From contig DATHTO010000090.1 in NCBI GenBank assembly GCA_035463115.1, positions 8,126-72,125 of the forward strand: a stretch of 64,000 bases of DNA. Reading direction: 5' to 3'. The position numbers were made by a program, and so were the translations under genes. Origin of the DNA: Actinomycetota bacterium. Its GTDB lineage: Bacteria; Actinomycetota; UBA4738; HRBIN12. Positions 47,116-56,607 of the stretch are shown here, in pieces. The notes under the pieces are model-generated. The model was not told the origin of the DNA. It ran no database searches and worked only from the letters and a program-made list of their open reading frames with translations. Position 1 is the stretch's first letter, and the number at the start of each line of letters is the position of its first letter.

Positions 47116-47323
47116 GGTGCCCCTCCCCTCCGTGCCGCCCTGCCCATCAGGGCTTCTTGATGGCGATTGTGCTCGCACCCACTAAAGGCGTACTAAGGAA
47201 GACCTAGGGCGGGGTCCCTCATATCCATCCCCCGGACCGCGAGGCAGCGACGCCGAACGGGGGTTTCCGGAGGGGCGAACCGTCCCCTAGGCTAAGCGTT
47301 TCCGCAGGTGGGCAAGGGGGGAA

Positions 47324-50300
47324 TTGGACGGCCGGCTGTCCTTCGAGGTGCTCGGACCCGTTCGGGTGCGCCAGGGTGCCGAAGAGGTTCCGATCGGGTC
47401 AGGGCAGCGGCGTGCCCTCCTCGCGCTCCTCCTCAGGCGCCCCTCCGAGGCGATCGCGGCCGACATCCTGATCGACGGCCTGTGGGGCGACGACCCTCCC
47501 GCGACCGCCCGGACCGCGCTCCAGGTTCACGTCTCCCAGCTCCGGAAGGCGCTCGGCGATCACGACGGCGAGCTCATCCAGACCGTCGCGAACGGCTATC
47601 TGATCGCGATCCCCGACGACTCGCTCGACCTCCGGCGGTTCCGCCGGTTGCTCAGCGAGGGTCGCCGAGCGCTCGAGGGCGGCGACCCCGCACGCGCGCA
47701 CGACCTCCTCGCGGGAGCCGTCACGCTCTGGCGCGGATCTCCGTTCGAGGGCGTCGACCTCGACGGCATCGGCGCGGGCGATGCCGCCACGCTCGAGGAG
47801 GAGCGCGATGAGGCCCGCGCCCTGCGGATCGAAGCCGATCTGGCGCTGGGTCGGCATCGGGAGGTCGTCCCGGAGCTCGAGCAGCTCGCGGTGACCCATC
47901 CGTTCGACGAGCGCTACGCGCAGCTCCTCGCGCTGGCCCTGTACCGCGCCGGCCGCCCGGCCGACGCACTCGCCGCGATCGCACGCCTGCGTCGTTCGCT
48001 CGCCGACGATCTCGGGCTCGACGCCGGGCCCGCGATCGAGCGGCTGGAACGCGCGATCCTGAACGCCGATCCGTCGCTCACGCTCGGAGGGGTGGACGAG
48101 GAGCATCCGCCGCGCGAGACACGCAAGGTCGTCACGGCGGTGCGGTTCCGGCTCGAACACGGCGGTGATCCCGAGGCGCGCCGCGGACGTGTGCTCGCCG
48201 TGAGCGGTCTCTTCCGCGAGATCGTCACCCGGCTCGACGGCACCGTCGATGACGGCCCACCCGACCGGCTCACCGGCGTGTTCGGACTTCCGACGGTGCA
48301 CGAGGACGACGCGATCCGTGGACTCCGAGCGGCGTGGGAGCTCCGGGAGCGCGCCCCGTCTGCGGCCGCAGACCTTCGCGTCGGCGTGGCGACCGGTGAG
48401 GTCATCGCCGAGACCGAGGGAGATCGACGCCGGCTGCTCACGACGGATCCGCTCGATGCTGCGGAGACCCTCGCGCTCAGCGCCGATCCGGGCGACATCC
48501 TGCTCGCGCAGTCCACCTATCGGCTCGCCCGCGCGGTGGCGGGTGCCGAACCCCACGAGTCGGTCCGCCTCGGCGACGGGCGCGTCGCGAGCACCGCCTT
48601 CCGTCTGCGCGAGCTCGCTCCCGAGCCGACGGTGCAGCGGCCACGCGCACCGATCGTCGGCCGTGACGGCGAACTGGCCGCCATCACGGCGGCGTTCGAC
48701 ATGGCGCGCGCCGACCGTCGTCCGCGGTTCGTCGCAGTGATGGGTGCGGCCGGCATCGGGAAGACCCGGCTGGCCGACGCGGCTGCGTCGGCGCTCGGCG
48801 CTCGCGTCGCCGTCGGGCGGTGCCTTCCGTACGGCCGCGACATCACGTTCTGGCCGATCGCCGAGGTCATCCGCGACGTCGCGGGCGTCACCGAGGACGA
48901 CCCGCTGCAAACGGTGCACGACAAGATCGCGTCGCTCGTCGCCGGTGCCGAGGACGACGTCGCGTTCCTGACGGCGCAGCTGGACGCGATCTTGGGTCTC
49001 AGTGACGAACCCCCCGCACCCGACGAGCTGTTCTGGGCCGTGCGGCGCTTCGTCGAGTTGGCGGGCGCCGACGAGCCGCTCGTCGTCGTGATCGAGGACC
49101 TCCACTGGGCCGACGAGAAGGTGCTCGATCTGCTCGAGTATCTCCGCGACGTCGTGAAAGACGCCTCACTCCTGCTGCTCGGCCTCGCCCGCCCGGAGGT
49201 CCGCGAGCGCCGCGCTTCGTTCGGCCGGCGCGACGGGGACGTCGTCCTGGAGCTTCCTCCGCTGCCGGAGGAGGCGAGCGCCGAGCTCGTGCGGCACGCG
49301 TTGGGTGGTGCGGAGCTCGAGGACGACGCACGTCGACGCTTGATGATGGCCGCCGACGGCAATCCGCTCTTCCTCGAGGAGCTGCTGTCGATGCTGATCG
49401 ACGACGGATGGCTCCATCACGACGGAGAACGCTGGCGCGTCCGCGCCGAGCTCGGTGGCGTTCCGCTGCCGCCTTCGGTGCGGGCGTTGCTCGAGGCGCG
49501 CCTCGATCGACTCCCGCCCGACGAGCGAGACGTGCTCGAGGCCGCCGCGATCGTCGGCCGATCGTTCGCGGACCGCGATCTCGCGGAGCTCCGCCCCGAC
49601 GTCGCACCGACCATCCGCATGGAGCGGCTCGACGCGCTCGTCGCGCGCGACCTCATCACGGTGGATCGCTTCGCCGGCGCAGGCGACCGGAGCTACAGCT
49701 TCCACCACATCCTGATGCGCGACGCGGTGTACTCGGCCGTTCCGAAGGAACGTCGGGCGCAGGACCACGAGCGGTTCGGTGACGCGCTCGAGCGTCGCTC
49801 CGGCGACCGTCTCGGAGAGCTCGAGGAGATCGTCGGCTACCACTTCGAGACCGCTTGGCGGTTGCGCACCGAGCTCGGACACCCGGCCGACGATCTGGGG
49901 ATGCGCGCCTCCCGGCACCTCGCGAACGCGGGCCACCGGGCGCTCGCGCGCGACGACCCGGGCGCCGCCGCGAGCCTGTTCGCACGCGCGCGAGCGTGCC
50001 TCACCGGGGACAACGCGGCCACGGCGGATCTCGCGTTGCACGAGGCGGTCGCGTCCTTCCGCCTCGGCGAGTTCACCGCCGCCGAGCGTACGCTCGCGGC
50101 CGGCATCGAGACCGCCGAGAGGCGCGACGACGTCGCGATCCGCTGGCGACTCCTGCTCGAGCGTCAGGAGCTCGGCAGCTACCACCGCCCCGACGAGCAC
50201 GGGGCCGAGGCCACGCGGACCGTGGCGCTCGACGCGATCGAAGCGCTCGAGGCGCTCGGCGACACCGCTGGTGTCGCGCGGGCCTACCGGCTGCTCGGCG

Positions 50301-51088
50301 ACGCGCTCGTGCGCGCGGGACGGCTCGACGAAGCGCTCGAGGCGTACGCGACGGGCCGCGGCTTGACCGACGACCGTGACGCGCTCGCGCGTCTGGAGCA
50401 TCCGCTGATGGGCGCGCTCCACGGCCCGATGCCCCTGGATCGCTACATCGCCGAGGCCGAGGCGTACCTCGCGCGGACGCCGCGGTCGTCGCCCGAGAGC
50501 CTCGTGCGGTTGGGCCTCGCGTATGCGATGGCGGGACGACACGGCGACGCCGAGGAGATGTTGGCGCAGGCGCTCGAGCGAGCGCGTGACGTCGGAGGGT
50601 CGTTCCGGGTCGCCGACGCCGAGGTCCACGAGGGGTTCGCGCACCTCTTCCTCGGCGATCCGGAACGTGCGCAGCACGCCTTGGCCGACGCCGTCGCGCT
50701 CCTCGCGTCGATCGACGAGCGGAACGTCCGCTCCACGGCCCTCGCGCTGCTCGCCGAGGCGCTGTTCCGGACCGGGGACTTCGACGCGGCCGTCGACGCG
50801 GCCGCCGAGAGCGAACGGCTCACCGCCGCCGACGACCCCGCGTCGCAGATCGCGTGGCGCGGCGTGACGGCGAAGATCTGGGCGGCTCGAGGTCGCCTGC
50901 CGAAGGCCACGAAGCTCGCCCGGGAGGCGGTCGCGATCGCCGACAGGACGGAGTTCCTCGCGATCGCGGCGCAGGCGCACCTCGATCTGGCCGAGGTGCT
51001 GGACGCCGCGGGCGCGACCGCAGAGGCGGCTCGTGAGCGTGACGCCGCCGAGGCGCTCTTCCGACGCAAGGGCGTCGTGGCCGGCTGA
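47324..51088 (+). CDS. large multidomain regulator: SARP/AfsR-type winged-helix + BTAD, degenerate class III cyclase-like domain, AAA/NB-ARC-type ATPase, TPR-like C-terminus
   Basis: 1254 aa, TTG start. FEVLGPVRV...LLALLLRRP...LWRGSPFEG (SARP/BTAD). RKVVTAVRFRL...RVGVATGEV (cyclase homology). Walker A VMGAAGIGKTRLA. Long helical repeat region. Confidence 0.85.
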   Translation: MDGRLSFEVLGPVRVRQGAEEVPIGSGQRRALLALLLRRPSEAIAADILIDGLWGDDPPATARTALQVHVSQLRKALGDHDGELIQTVANGYLIAIPDDSLDLRRFRRLLSEGRRALEGGDPARAHDLLAGAVTLWRGSPFEGVDLDGIGAGDAATLEEERDEARALRIEADLALGRHREVVPELEQLAVTHPFDERYAQLLALALYRAGRPADALAAIARLRRSLADDLGLDAGPAIERLERAILNADPSLTLGGVDEEHPPRETRKVVTAVRFRLEHGGDPEARRGRVLAVSGLFREIVTRLDGTVDDGPPDRLTGVFGLPTVHEDDAIRGLRAAWELRERAPSAAADLRVGVATGEVIAETEGDRRRLLTTDPLDAAETLALSADPGDILLAQSTYRLARAVAGAEPHESVRLGDGRVASTAFRLRELAPEPTVQRPRAPIVGRDGELAAITAAFDMARADRRPRFVAVMGAAGIGKTRLADAAASALGARVAVGRCLPYGRDITFWPIAEVIRDVAGVTEDDPLQTVHDKIASLVAGAEDDVAFLTAQLDAILGLSDEPPAPDELFWAVRRFVELAGADEPLVVVIEDLHWADEKVLDLLEYLRDVVKDASLLLLGLARPEVRERRASFGRRDGDVVLELPPLPEEASAELVRHALGGAELEDDARRRLMMAADGNPLFLEELLSMLIDDGWLHHDGERWRVRAELGGVPLPPSVRALLEARLDRLPPDERDVLEAAAIVGRSFADRDLAELRPDVAPTIRMERLDALVARDLITVDRFAGAGDRSYSFHHILMRDAVYSAVPKERRAQDHERFGDALERRSGDRLGELEEIVGYHFETAWRLRTELGHPADDLGMRASRHLANAGHRALARDDPGAAASLFARARACLTGDNAATADLALHEAVASFRLGEFTAAERTLAAGIETAERRDDVAIRWRLLLERQELGSYHRPDEHGAEATRTVALDAIEALEALGDTAGVARAYRLLGDALVRAGRLDEALEAYATGRGLTDDRDALARLEHPLMGALHGPMPLDRYIAEAEAYLARTPRSSPESLVRLGLAYAMAGRHGDAEEMLAQALERARDVGGSFRVADAEVHEGFAHLFLGDPERAQHALADAVALLASIDERNVRSTALALLAEALFRTGDFDAAVDAAAESERLTAADDPASQIAWRGVTAKIWAARGRLPKATKLAREAVAIADRTEFLAIAAQAHLDLAEVLDAAGATAEAARERDAAEALFRRKGVVAG

Positions 51089-51229
51089 CGCCGGTCTCGA
51101 TCCGCAAGAGCGTCGTGTGGGAGCGCCGACCCCGGGCCGCAGGGATGATCGCGAGCCCGACCTCGCGCGGGGACGCCGCGTAGGTTCGGACCGCGTGCGT
51201 TCGGAGCGACGCGCCGTACGCTCCTTGAT

Positions 51230-52102
51230 GTGGCGACGACCGACGACACCGGCTACTTCGGCCCCGACAGCGTCAGCTGGCACGTCCACCGAGAGGTGAC
51301 CGTGCTGTTCGGCGGCGCGCGGGCCCTGTTGATGCAGGCGGCCCACCCGCTCGTCGTGGCGGGCGCGAACCAGACGGCCATGTACGAGCGCAACCCATGG
51401 AAACGCCTGCAGCGCACGCTGATCCTCACGTACACGCTGACGTTCGGCACCAAGGCCGAGGCGCACGCCGCCGCGGACAAGATCAACGAGGTTCACACCC
51501 GCATCAACGGGATCGATCCCGTGACGGGCAAGCGGTACGACGCGCTCGATCCCGAGCTGCTGCTGTACGTCCACGCTTGTCTCGTCGACAGCGCCCTGGC
51601 GTTCGAGGAACTCACCGTCGGCGCGCTCGACGACGCCGGCCGCCAGCGGTTCCACGAGGAGCAGATGCTCGCGGCGGAACTGTGCCTCGTGCCGCGCGAT
51701 CTCATCCCGCCGACCGTGCCGGCGCTGCGTGCGTGGCTCGCCGACGTCGAGGATCGCGGGGACCTGCTCGTCACCGACGGCGCTCGGAAGGTCGCCGCCT
51801 TGTTCCTCGATCCGCCGGAAGAGGCCGAGTGGCGGCCGGTGCTGCGCGGCGTCGCGCGGCTCGCGTTCGCGACGCTCCCGCCGAACCTGCGCGCGCAGTA
51901 CGGGTTCGACGTCGGCCTCGCGAAGGAGGCGGCCGCTCGCGCGACGTTGCGGGCGACCCGGTACGTGCGCCCGTTGCTGCCGCCGCGGTTCCGGTACATC
52001 GCCCCGTATCAGGAGTGGCTCCGCCGGCAGAAGGGACTTCCGGTCGATGCGAGCGCGGTCGAGCGGGCGCGGCGCTCGGTGGGGATCCGGCTCGGCGTCT
52101 GA
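51230..52102 (+). CDS. DUF2236 / MpaB-family oxygenase-like protein
   Basis: 290 aa, GTG start. GYFGPDSVSWHVHREVTVLFGGARALLMQAAHPLV. Confidence 0.8.
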   Translation: MATTDDTGYFGPDSVSWHVHREVTVLFGGARALLMQAAHPLVVAGANQTAMYERNPWKRLQRTLILTYTLTFGTKAEAHAAADKINEVHTRINGIDPVTGKRYDALDPELLLYVHACLVDSALAFEELTVGALDDAGRQRFHEEQMLAAELCLVPRDLIPPTVPALRAWLADVEDRGDLLVTDGARKVAALFLDPPEEAEWRPVLRGVARLAFATLPPNLRAQYGFDVGLAKEAAARATLRATRYVRPLLPPRFRYIAPYQEWLRRQKGLPVDASAVERARRSVGIRLGV

Positions 52103-52180
52103 ACGCGACGACGGCGGGGCGACGACGGTTGGGCGACCGCGACGGCGGCCGCGATCGAGGCACCGCATAGACTCGCCCGC

Positions 52181-52951
52181 ATGGCGGACGTCGACGCGCT
52201 GCTGCTCGACATCGACGGGGTCCTCGCGGTCTCGTGGGAGCCGATCCCCGGCGCGATCGACGCGCTCGCGTCGTTCCGCCGCGATGGGATGCCGTTCCGG
52301 CTGATCACGAACACGACGACGCACACCCGCGACGATCTCGCCTCGCTGCTGCGCGACGCGGGGTTCGACGTCGGCGCCGACGAGATCGTGACGGCCGTGA
52401 CGGCCACGGCGTCGTTCCTGCGGGCGCACCACCCCGATGCCGGGGTCGCGGTCCTGTCCGATGGCGACGCCGCTGCCGACCTCGAGGGCGTCCGTCTCGT
52501 CGACGTCGGCGGCGCCGACGTGATCGTGATCGGCGGCGCATCCGACGACTTCACGTACGCGGCGATGAACGGCATCTTCCGGCGGCTGATGGACGGCGCC
52601 TCGCTCGTCGGCATGCACCGCAACCTCTACTGGCGAACCGCCGGCGGCTGGCAGCTCGACGGCGGCGCCTACATCGCCGGGCTCGAGGAGGCGACGGGCG
52701 CGACCGCGACGATCTGCGGCAAGCCTGCGGCCGCGTACTTCGAGGCGGCGCTCGACATGCTCGGCGTACCGGCGCCGCGCGTCGCGATGGTCGGCGACGA
52801 CATCGTGAACGACATCGGCGGCGCCCAGGAGCTCGGCATCCACGGCGTCCTCGTTCGCACCGGGAAGTTCCGTGACGACGACGTCGTTCGCGGAGCGCCC
52901 GACACGATCTTGGGCTCGCTGGCCGACGTGCCGGCGTGGCTCCGGAGCTGA
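52181..52951 (+). CDS. HAD-IIA family hydrolase
   Basis: 256 aa. LLDIDGVL motif I, ITNTT motif II, GKP...MVGDDIVNDI motif III/IV. Confidence 0.85.
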   Translation: MADVDALLLDIDGVLAVSWEPIPGAIDALASFRRDGMPFRLITNTTTHTRDDLASLLRDAGFDVGADEIVTAVTATASFLRAHHPDAGVAVLSDGDAAADLEGVRLVDVGGADVIVIGGASDDFTYAAMNGIFRRLMDGASLVGMHRNLYWRTAGGWQLDGGAYIAGLEEATGATATICGKPAAAYFEAALDMLGVPAPRVAMVGDDIVNDIGGAQELGIHGVLVRTGKFRDDDVVRGAPDTILGSLADVPAWLRS

Positions 52952-52952
52952 C

Positions 52953-53723
52953 GTGGCGACCGGCGACCGACGTCGTGCGTCCGCCGGCGCGCCGTCGGGG
53001 GACGACCTCGCCGACGGAGCGCTGCCCCGGACGGCCCACGCCGCCGCCCTGTTCGGCGGCATCGCGCGCGAGTACGGGTGGATGGGCGCGGTGCTCTCGT
53101 TCGGCCAGGACATCCGCTGGCGACGCGCGACGGTCGCCGCCGTGCACCCGGCCGATCGCCGGATCCTCGATGTCGCGAGCGGCACCGGATTGGTCGCGCG
53201 CGAGCTCGCTCGGCGCGGTGCGCGCGTCGTGCAGCTCGACCCGAGCATGGCGATGCTCACGGCCGGCCTCGAGCGGACGCGAGCGGTCGGGCTCGACGAT
53301 CGGCTGCGTGCCGTCGCCGCACGCGCCGAGGCGCTGCCGTTCGCCGACGGGACCTTCGACGCGCTCACCGTCACGTACCTCCTGCGCTACGTCGACGACC
53401 CCGCGACGACCGTCCGTGAGCTCCTGCGGGTCGTGCGGCCCGGCGGAACCGTCGCCTCGATGGAGTTCCACGTGCCGAGCGCCGCGTGGGCGCGCGCGTC
53501 GTGGCGCTTCTACACGCGGAAGGTCATGCCGATCGTCGGTGGACTCGTCTCGCCGGCGTGGGCACACACGGGCCGGTTCCTCGGCCGGTCGATCGACGCG
53601 TTCTACCGGGAGCATCCGCTGCCGGCCCAGGTCGAGTGGTGGCTCGCCGCGGGCCTCGAAGGCGTGCACGTCCGCACGATGTCGAACGGCGCGGCGATCG
53701 TGATCGCCGGAACCCGCCGGTGA
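52953..53723 (+). CDS. UbiE/MenG-type class I SAM-dependent methyltransferase
   Basis: GTG 52953, 1 nt after the HAD stop. FGGIAREYGWMGAVLSFGQDIRWRR, ILDVASGTG, LPFADGTFDALTVTYLLRYV. Confidence 0.8.
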   Translation: MATGDRRRASAGAPSGDDLADGALPRTAHAAALFGGIAREYGWMGAVLSFGQDIRWRRATVAAVHPADRRILDVASGTGLVARELARRGARVVQLDPSMAMLTAGLERTRAVGLDDRLRAVAARAEALPFADGTFDALTVTYLLRYVDDPATTVRELLRVVRPGGTVASMEFHVPSAAWARASWRFYTRKVMPIVGGLVSPAWAHTGRFLGRSIDAFYREHPLPAQVEWWLAAGLEGVHVRTMSNGAAIVIAGTRR

Positions 53724-54466
53724 GCGACCGGGCCGCCTTCTACGCGCTGGCGCCGGGAGGCTGGCGCGACTACTGGTCGCTGCTGCACCCGCCGTACACC
53801 CTGTGGCACCTCTCGTACGTGGTGCTCGGCGCGGCGACCGCCGACGTGATCGAGATCCGGTGGCTGCTCGAGACGCTCGCGGCGTTCTTCCTCGCGATGG
53901 GGATCGCCGCGCACGCGCTGGACGAGCTGAACGGACGGCCGCTCCGCACCCGGATCCCGGCGCCGGTGCTCGTCACCCTCGCGATCCTCGGGCTCGCCGG
54001 CGCCGCCGCCCTGGGGGTGCACGGCATGGTCGAGGTCTCGCCCTGGATCGGATCGTTCATCGTCGTCGGGGTGTTCCTGGTCGTCGCGTACAACCTCGAG
54101 CTAGCGGGCGGACGCTTCCACTCGGACCTGTGGTTCGCGGTCGCGTGGGGCGCGTTCCCGGCGCTGACGGCGGCGTTCGCGCAGACGGCCAGGGTCACGC
54201 CGGCCGCTGCCCTCGTCGCCGCGGGATGCGTCGCGTTGTCCGCCGCCCAACGGACGTTGTCGACACCGGTTCGGATGCTGCGCCGTGACGCCGTCGAGGT
54301 GACCGGACGCATCGAGCGGCGCGACGGAACGTCGATGGGGATCGACGCCGACACGCTCCGCCGGCCGTCCGAGCTGGCCCTGCGGCTGCTCTCGGTCGCG
54401 GTTCCGCTGGTCGCGGCGGGTGCGCTGGTGGCGCGGCTGGTTCCCTTGCAAGCTCCCGGCGACTGA
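53720..54466 (+). CDS. integral membrane protein, unknown function
   Basis: GTG 53720 overlaps the methyltransferase stop (GTGA). About 248 aa, about 7 hydrophobic segments. AHALDELNGRPL. No family assigned. Confidence 0.6.
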   Translation: MSDRAAFYALAPGGWRDYWSLLHPPYTLWHLSYVVLGAATADVIEIRWLLETLAAFFLAMGIAAHALDELNGRPLRTRIPAPVLVTLAILGLAGAAALGVHGMVEVSPWIGSFIVVGVFLVVAYNLELAGGRFHSDLWFAVAWGAFPALTAAFAQTARVTPAAALVAAGCVALSAAQRTLSTPVRMLRRDAVEVTGRIERRDGTSMGIDADTLRRPSELALRLLSVAVPLVAAGALVARLVPLQAPGD

Positions 54467-54527
54467 AGCATCATCACACCTTGCTGAAGTAGCGCTACAG
54501 TCGGTGGCGCCGGGAGGGGGCAGGGAC

Positions 54528-55727
54528 ATGCGGGTAGGCAGCGGTTCCCAACGTCGGAAGCGGATCCCGGCTGCGGTCGGTGAGCAGGCCGAACGCCTCG
54601 GAGACGCTCTCGGACCCTCCCCGTTGTCGCGGCGGGGGTTCCTGAAGGCGGCCGTCGTGCTGCCGGCGGCCGGCTACCTCGCGGCCTGCAGCCGTGACGT
54701 CGGCCCACGCGCCGCGGAACCGACCTCGCCGGCAGGTGGATCGACGACGGCCGAGCTCGAGAGCGAGCTGAACATCTACAACTGGGCGGCCTACCTGAAC
54801 CCCGCGACCCGCAAGGCGTTCGCCAAGGCGTACGACGTCGAGACGACGCTCGACTTCTACGCCTCGAACGAGGAACTGATCGCGAAGCTGCAAGGCGGCG
54901 CCGGTGGCTACGACCTCGTCGCGCCGACCGGCTACGCCGTGCAGATCATGGCCGACGAGGGGCTGCTGTACGAGCTCGACCACGAGCGCATCCCGAACAT
55001 GGCGAACGTCGACCCGCGGTTCCTGGGCCTGGCGTTCGATCCGGAGAACCGCTACTCGATGCCGAAGGACTGGGGCACGACGGGGTTCGGCTACCTGCAG
55101 GACTTCGTCGAGGAGGAGATGACGAGCTGGGAGGACTTCTTCTCGCTCGCCGAGAAGTACTCCGGCAAGTACACGGTCCTCGACTCGTCGCCCGAAGTGA
55201 TCGGTGCAGGGTTGAAGCGCCACGGCTACTCGTACAACACGACGGACCCCGACGAGGTGGGGCAAGCCGTCGACGACCTGATCGCGATCAAGCAGCACAT
55301 CGCCGCGATCACCTCGTCGGAGTACCGGCAGATGATGAGCCGTGGCGACGCGTGGGTCTCGCTCGGGTGGAACGGCGACTTCTTCTACGTCGCCGCGGAC
55401 CAGCCGTCGGTCAAGTACGTGATCCCCGAGGAGGGCACCGAGTACTGGGTCGACACCTGGGCGATCCCCGCGAACGCCCCGCATCCGAACATCGCGATGG
55501 AGTTCATCGACTGGGTGCTCACGCCCGAGAACCAGGGTCGAGAGACGGACTACACGTACTACGCGAGCGCCGTCTCGGGCGCGCAGGAGCACACCGACCA
55601 GGCGATCGCGACCGATCCGTCGATCTATCCGGCTCCCGAGGTGATCGACGCGCTCGAGGCGAACGAGGGCGATCCCGAGGCGCTCGACCTGCGCAGCGAG
55701 GGCTGGACGACCTTCAAGTCGGCCTGA
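54528..55727 (+). CDS. polyamine (spermidine/putrescine)-type ABC transporter substrate-binding lipoprotein
   Basis: ATG 54528. Tat-like SRRGFLKAAV signal with lipobox LAAC. PotD/PotF-like body (NIYNWAAYL..., YWVDTWAIP). Confidence 0.85.
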   Translation: MRVGSGSQRRKRIPAAVGEQAERLGDALGPSPLSRRGFLKAAVVLPAAGYLAACSRDVGPRAAEPTSPAGGSTTAELESELNIYNWAAYLNPATRKAFAKAYDVETTLDFYASNEELIAKLQGGAGGYDLVAPTGYAVQIMADEGLLYELDHERIPNMANVDPRFLGLAFDPENRYSMPKDWGTTGFGYLQDFVEEEMTSWEDFFSLAEKYSGKYTVLDSSPEVIGAGLKRHGYSYNTTDPDEVGQAVDDLIAIKQHIAAITSSEYRQMMSRGDAWVSLGWNGDFFYVAADQPSVKYVIPEEGTEYWVDTWAIPANAPHPNIAMEFIDWVLTPENQGRETDYTYYASAVSGAQEHTDQAIATDPSIYPAPEVIDALEANEGDPEALDLRSEGWTTFKSA

Positions 55728-55731
55728 CGAG

Positions 55732-56607
55732 GTGCGAACGAGGGAGCGGGACCGCGTCGTCGCCGAGCCCGTCTGGCTGATCGGCCCGGCGTGGGTCTAC
55801 GACCTCGTCTTGCTCGCCGCGCCCTTGTTGATCGTCGTCGCGTACGCGTTCGCCGACCGTGACGGCTTCTTCACGATCACGTTCGGCTTGTACGGAGACA
55901 ACCTGCGCCGTCTCTGGGATCCGGTCTACCTGCGCATCTATCGCGACACGTTCCTGTCCGCCGCGGCGGCGACCGCCGCGTGCCTCGCGGTGGGTCTTCC
56001 GTTGGCCTACTGGCTGGCGACGCGCGTGCGTCGGCACCGAACGCTGCTGCTGCTGCTCGTGATCGTCCCGTTCTGGACGAGCATCCTGATCCGCACCTAC
56101 GCGTGGGCGTTGCTCCTGCGACCACGCGGTCCGCTCTACCAGGTCTCCCACGCGCTCGGGATCGTGGAGCAGCCGCTGAACGTGCTCGGCACGTGGAAAG
56201 CGGTCGTGATCGGCCTCGTCTACGACTACCTCCCGTTGATGGTGTTCCCGCTGTACGTCGCCCTCGAGCGGCTCGACCGTTCCCTCGTCGACGCCGCGAA
56301 GGATCTCGGTGCGAACCGCGTCCGTGCGTTCCTGCGCGCGACGATGCCGGTTGCCATGCCGGGCGTCGTGACGGGCTGCCTCCTCGTGTTCATCCCGATG
56401 ACCGGCGAGTACGTCGTGCCGACGTTCCTCGGCGGCGGCAAAGGGCGGTGGTTCGGTCCGATCGTCGCGGATCAGTTCCTCGAGGCCCTGAACTATCCGT
56501 TCGGCGCGGCGATGTCGCTCGTGCTGGTGGTCGCGCTGCTCGTGGTGATCGCCGCGTACCTGCGGGCGTTCCGAGGGCGACCCGGCGGCCTGGACGCGGC
56601 GCTGTGA
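55732..56607 (+). CDS. ABC transporter permease (PotB-like)
   Basis: 291 aa. Six TM segments. EAA-type loop LVDAAKDLGANRVRAFLRATMP. Confidence 0.85.
   Translation: MRTRERDRVVAEPVWLIGPAWVYDLVLLAAPLLIVVAYAFADRDGFFTITFGLYGDNLRRLWDPVYLRIYRDTFLSAAAATAACLAVGLPLAYWLATRVRRHRTLLLLLVIVPFWTSILIRTYAWALLLRPRGPLYQVSHALGIVEQPLNVLGTWKAVVIGLVYDYLPLMVFPLYVALERLDRSLVDAAKDLGANRVRAFLRATMPVAMPGVVTGCLLVFIPMTGEYVVPTFLGGGKGRWFGPIVADQFLEALNYPFGAAMSLVLVVALLVVIAAYLRAFRGRPGGLDAAL

Larger units (their letters stand above)
42830..47320. other. compositionally distinct lower-GC island (boundaries approximate)
   Basis: Hand counts inside the island: 37/60 GC at 43441-43500 and 29/60 at 45601-45660. In the flanks: 42/60 at 42421-42480 and 43/60 at 47701-47760. 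Confidence 0.6.

Noticed and set aside
42830-47320. Calling the lower-GC island a mobile element or genomic island with defined ends
   Set aside because: I could find no integrase, transposase or recombinase, no adjacent tRNA, and no direct or inverted terminal repeats between 42809-43029 and 47116-47323. I report it only as a compositional anomaly.
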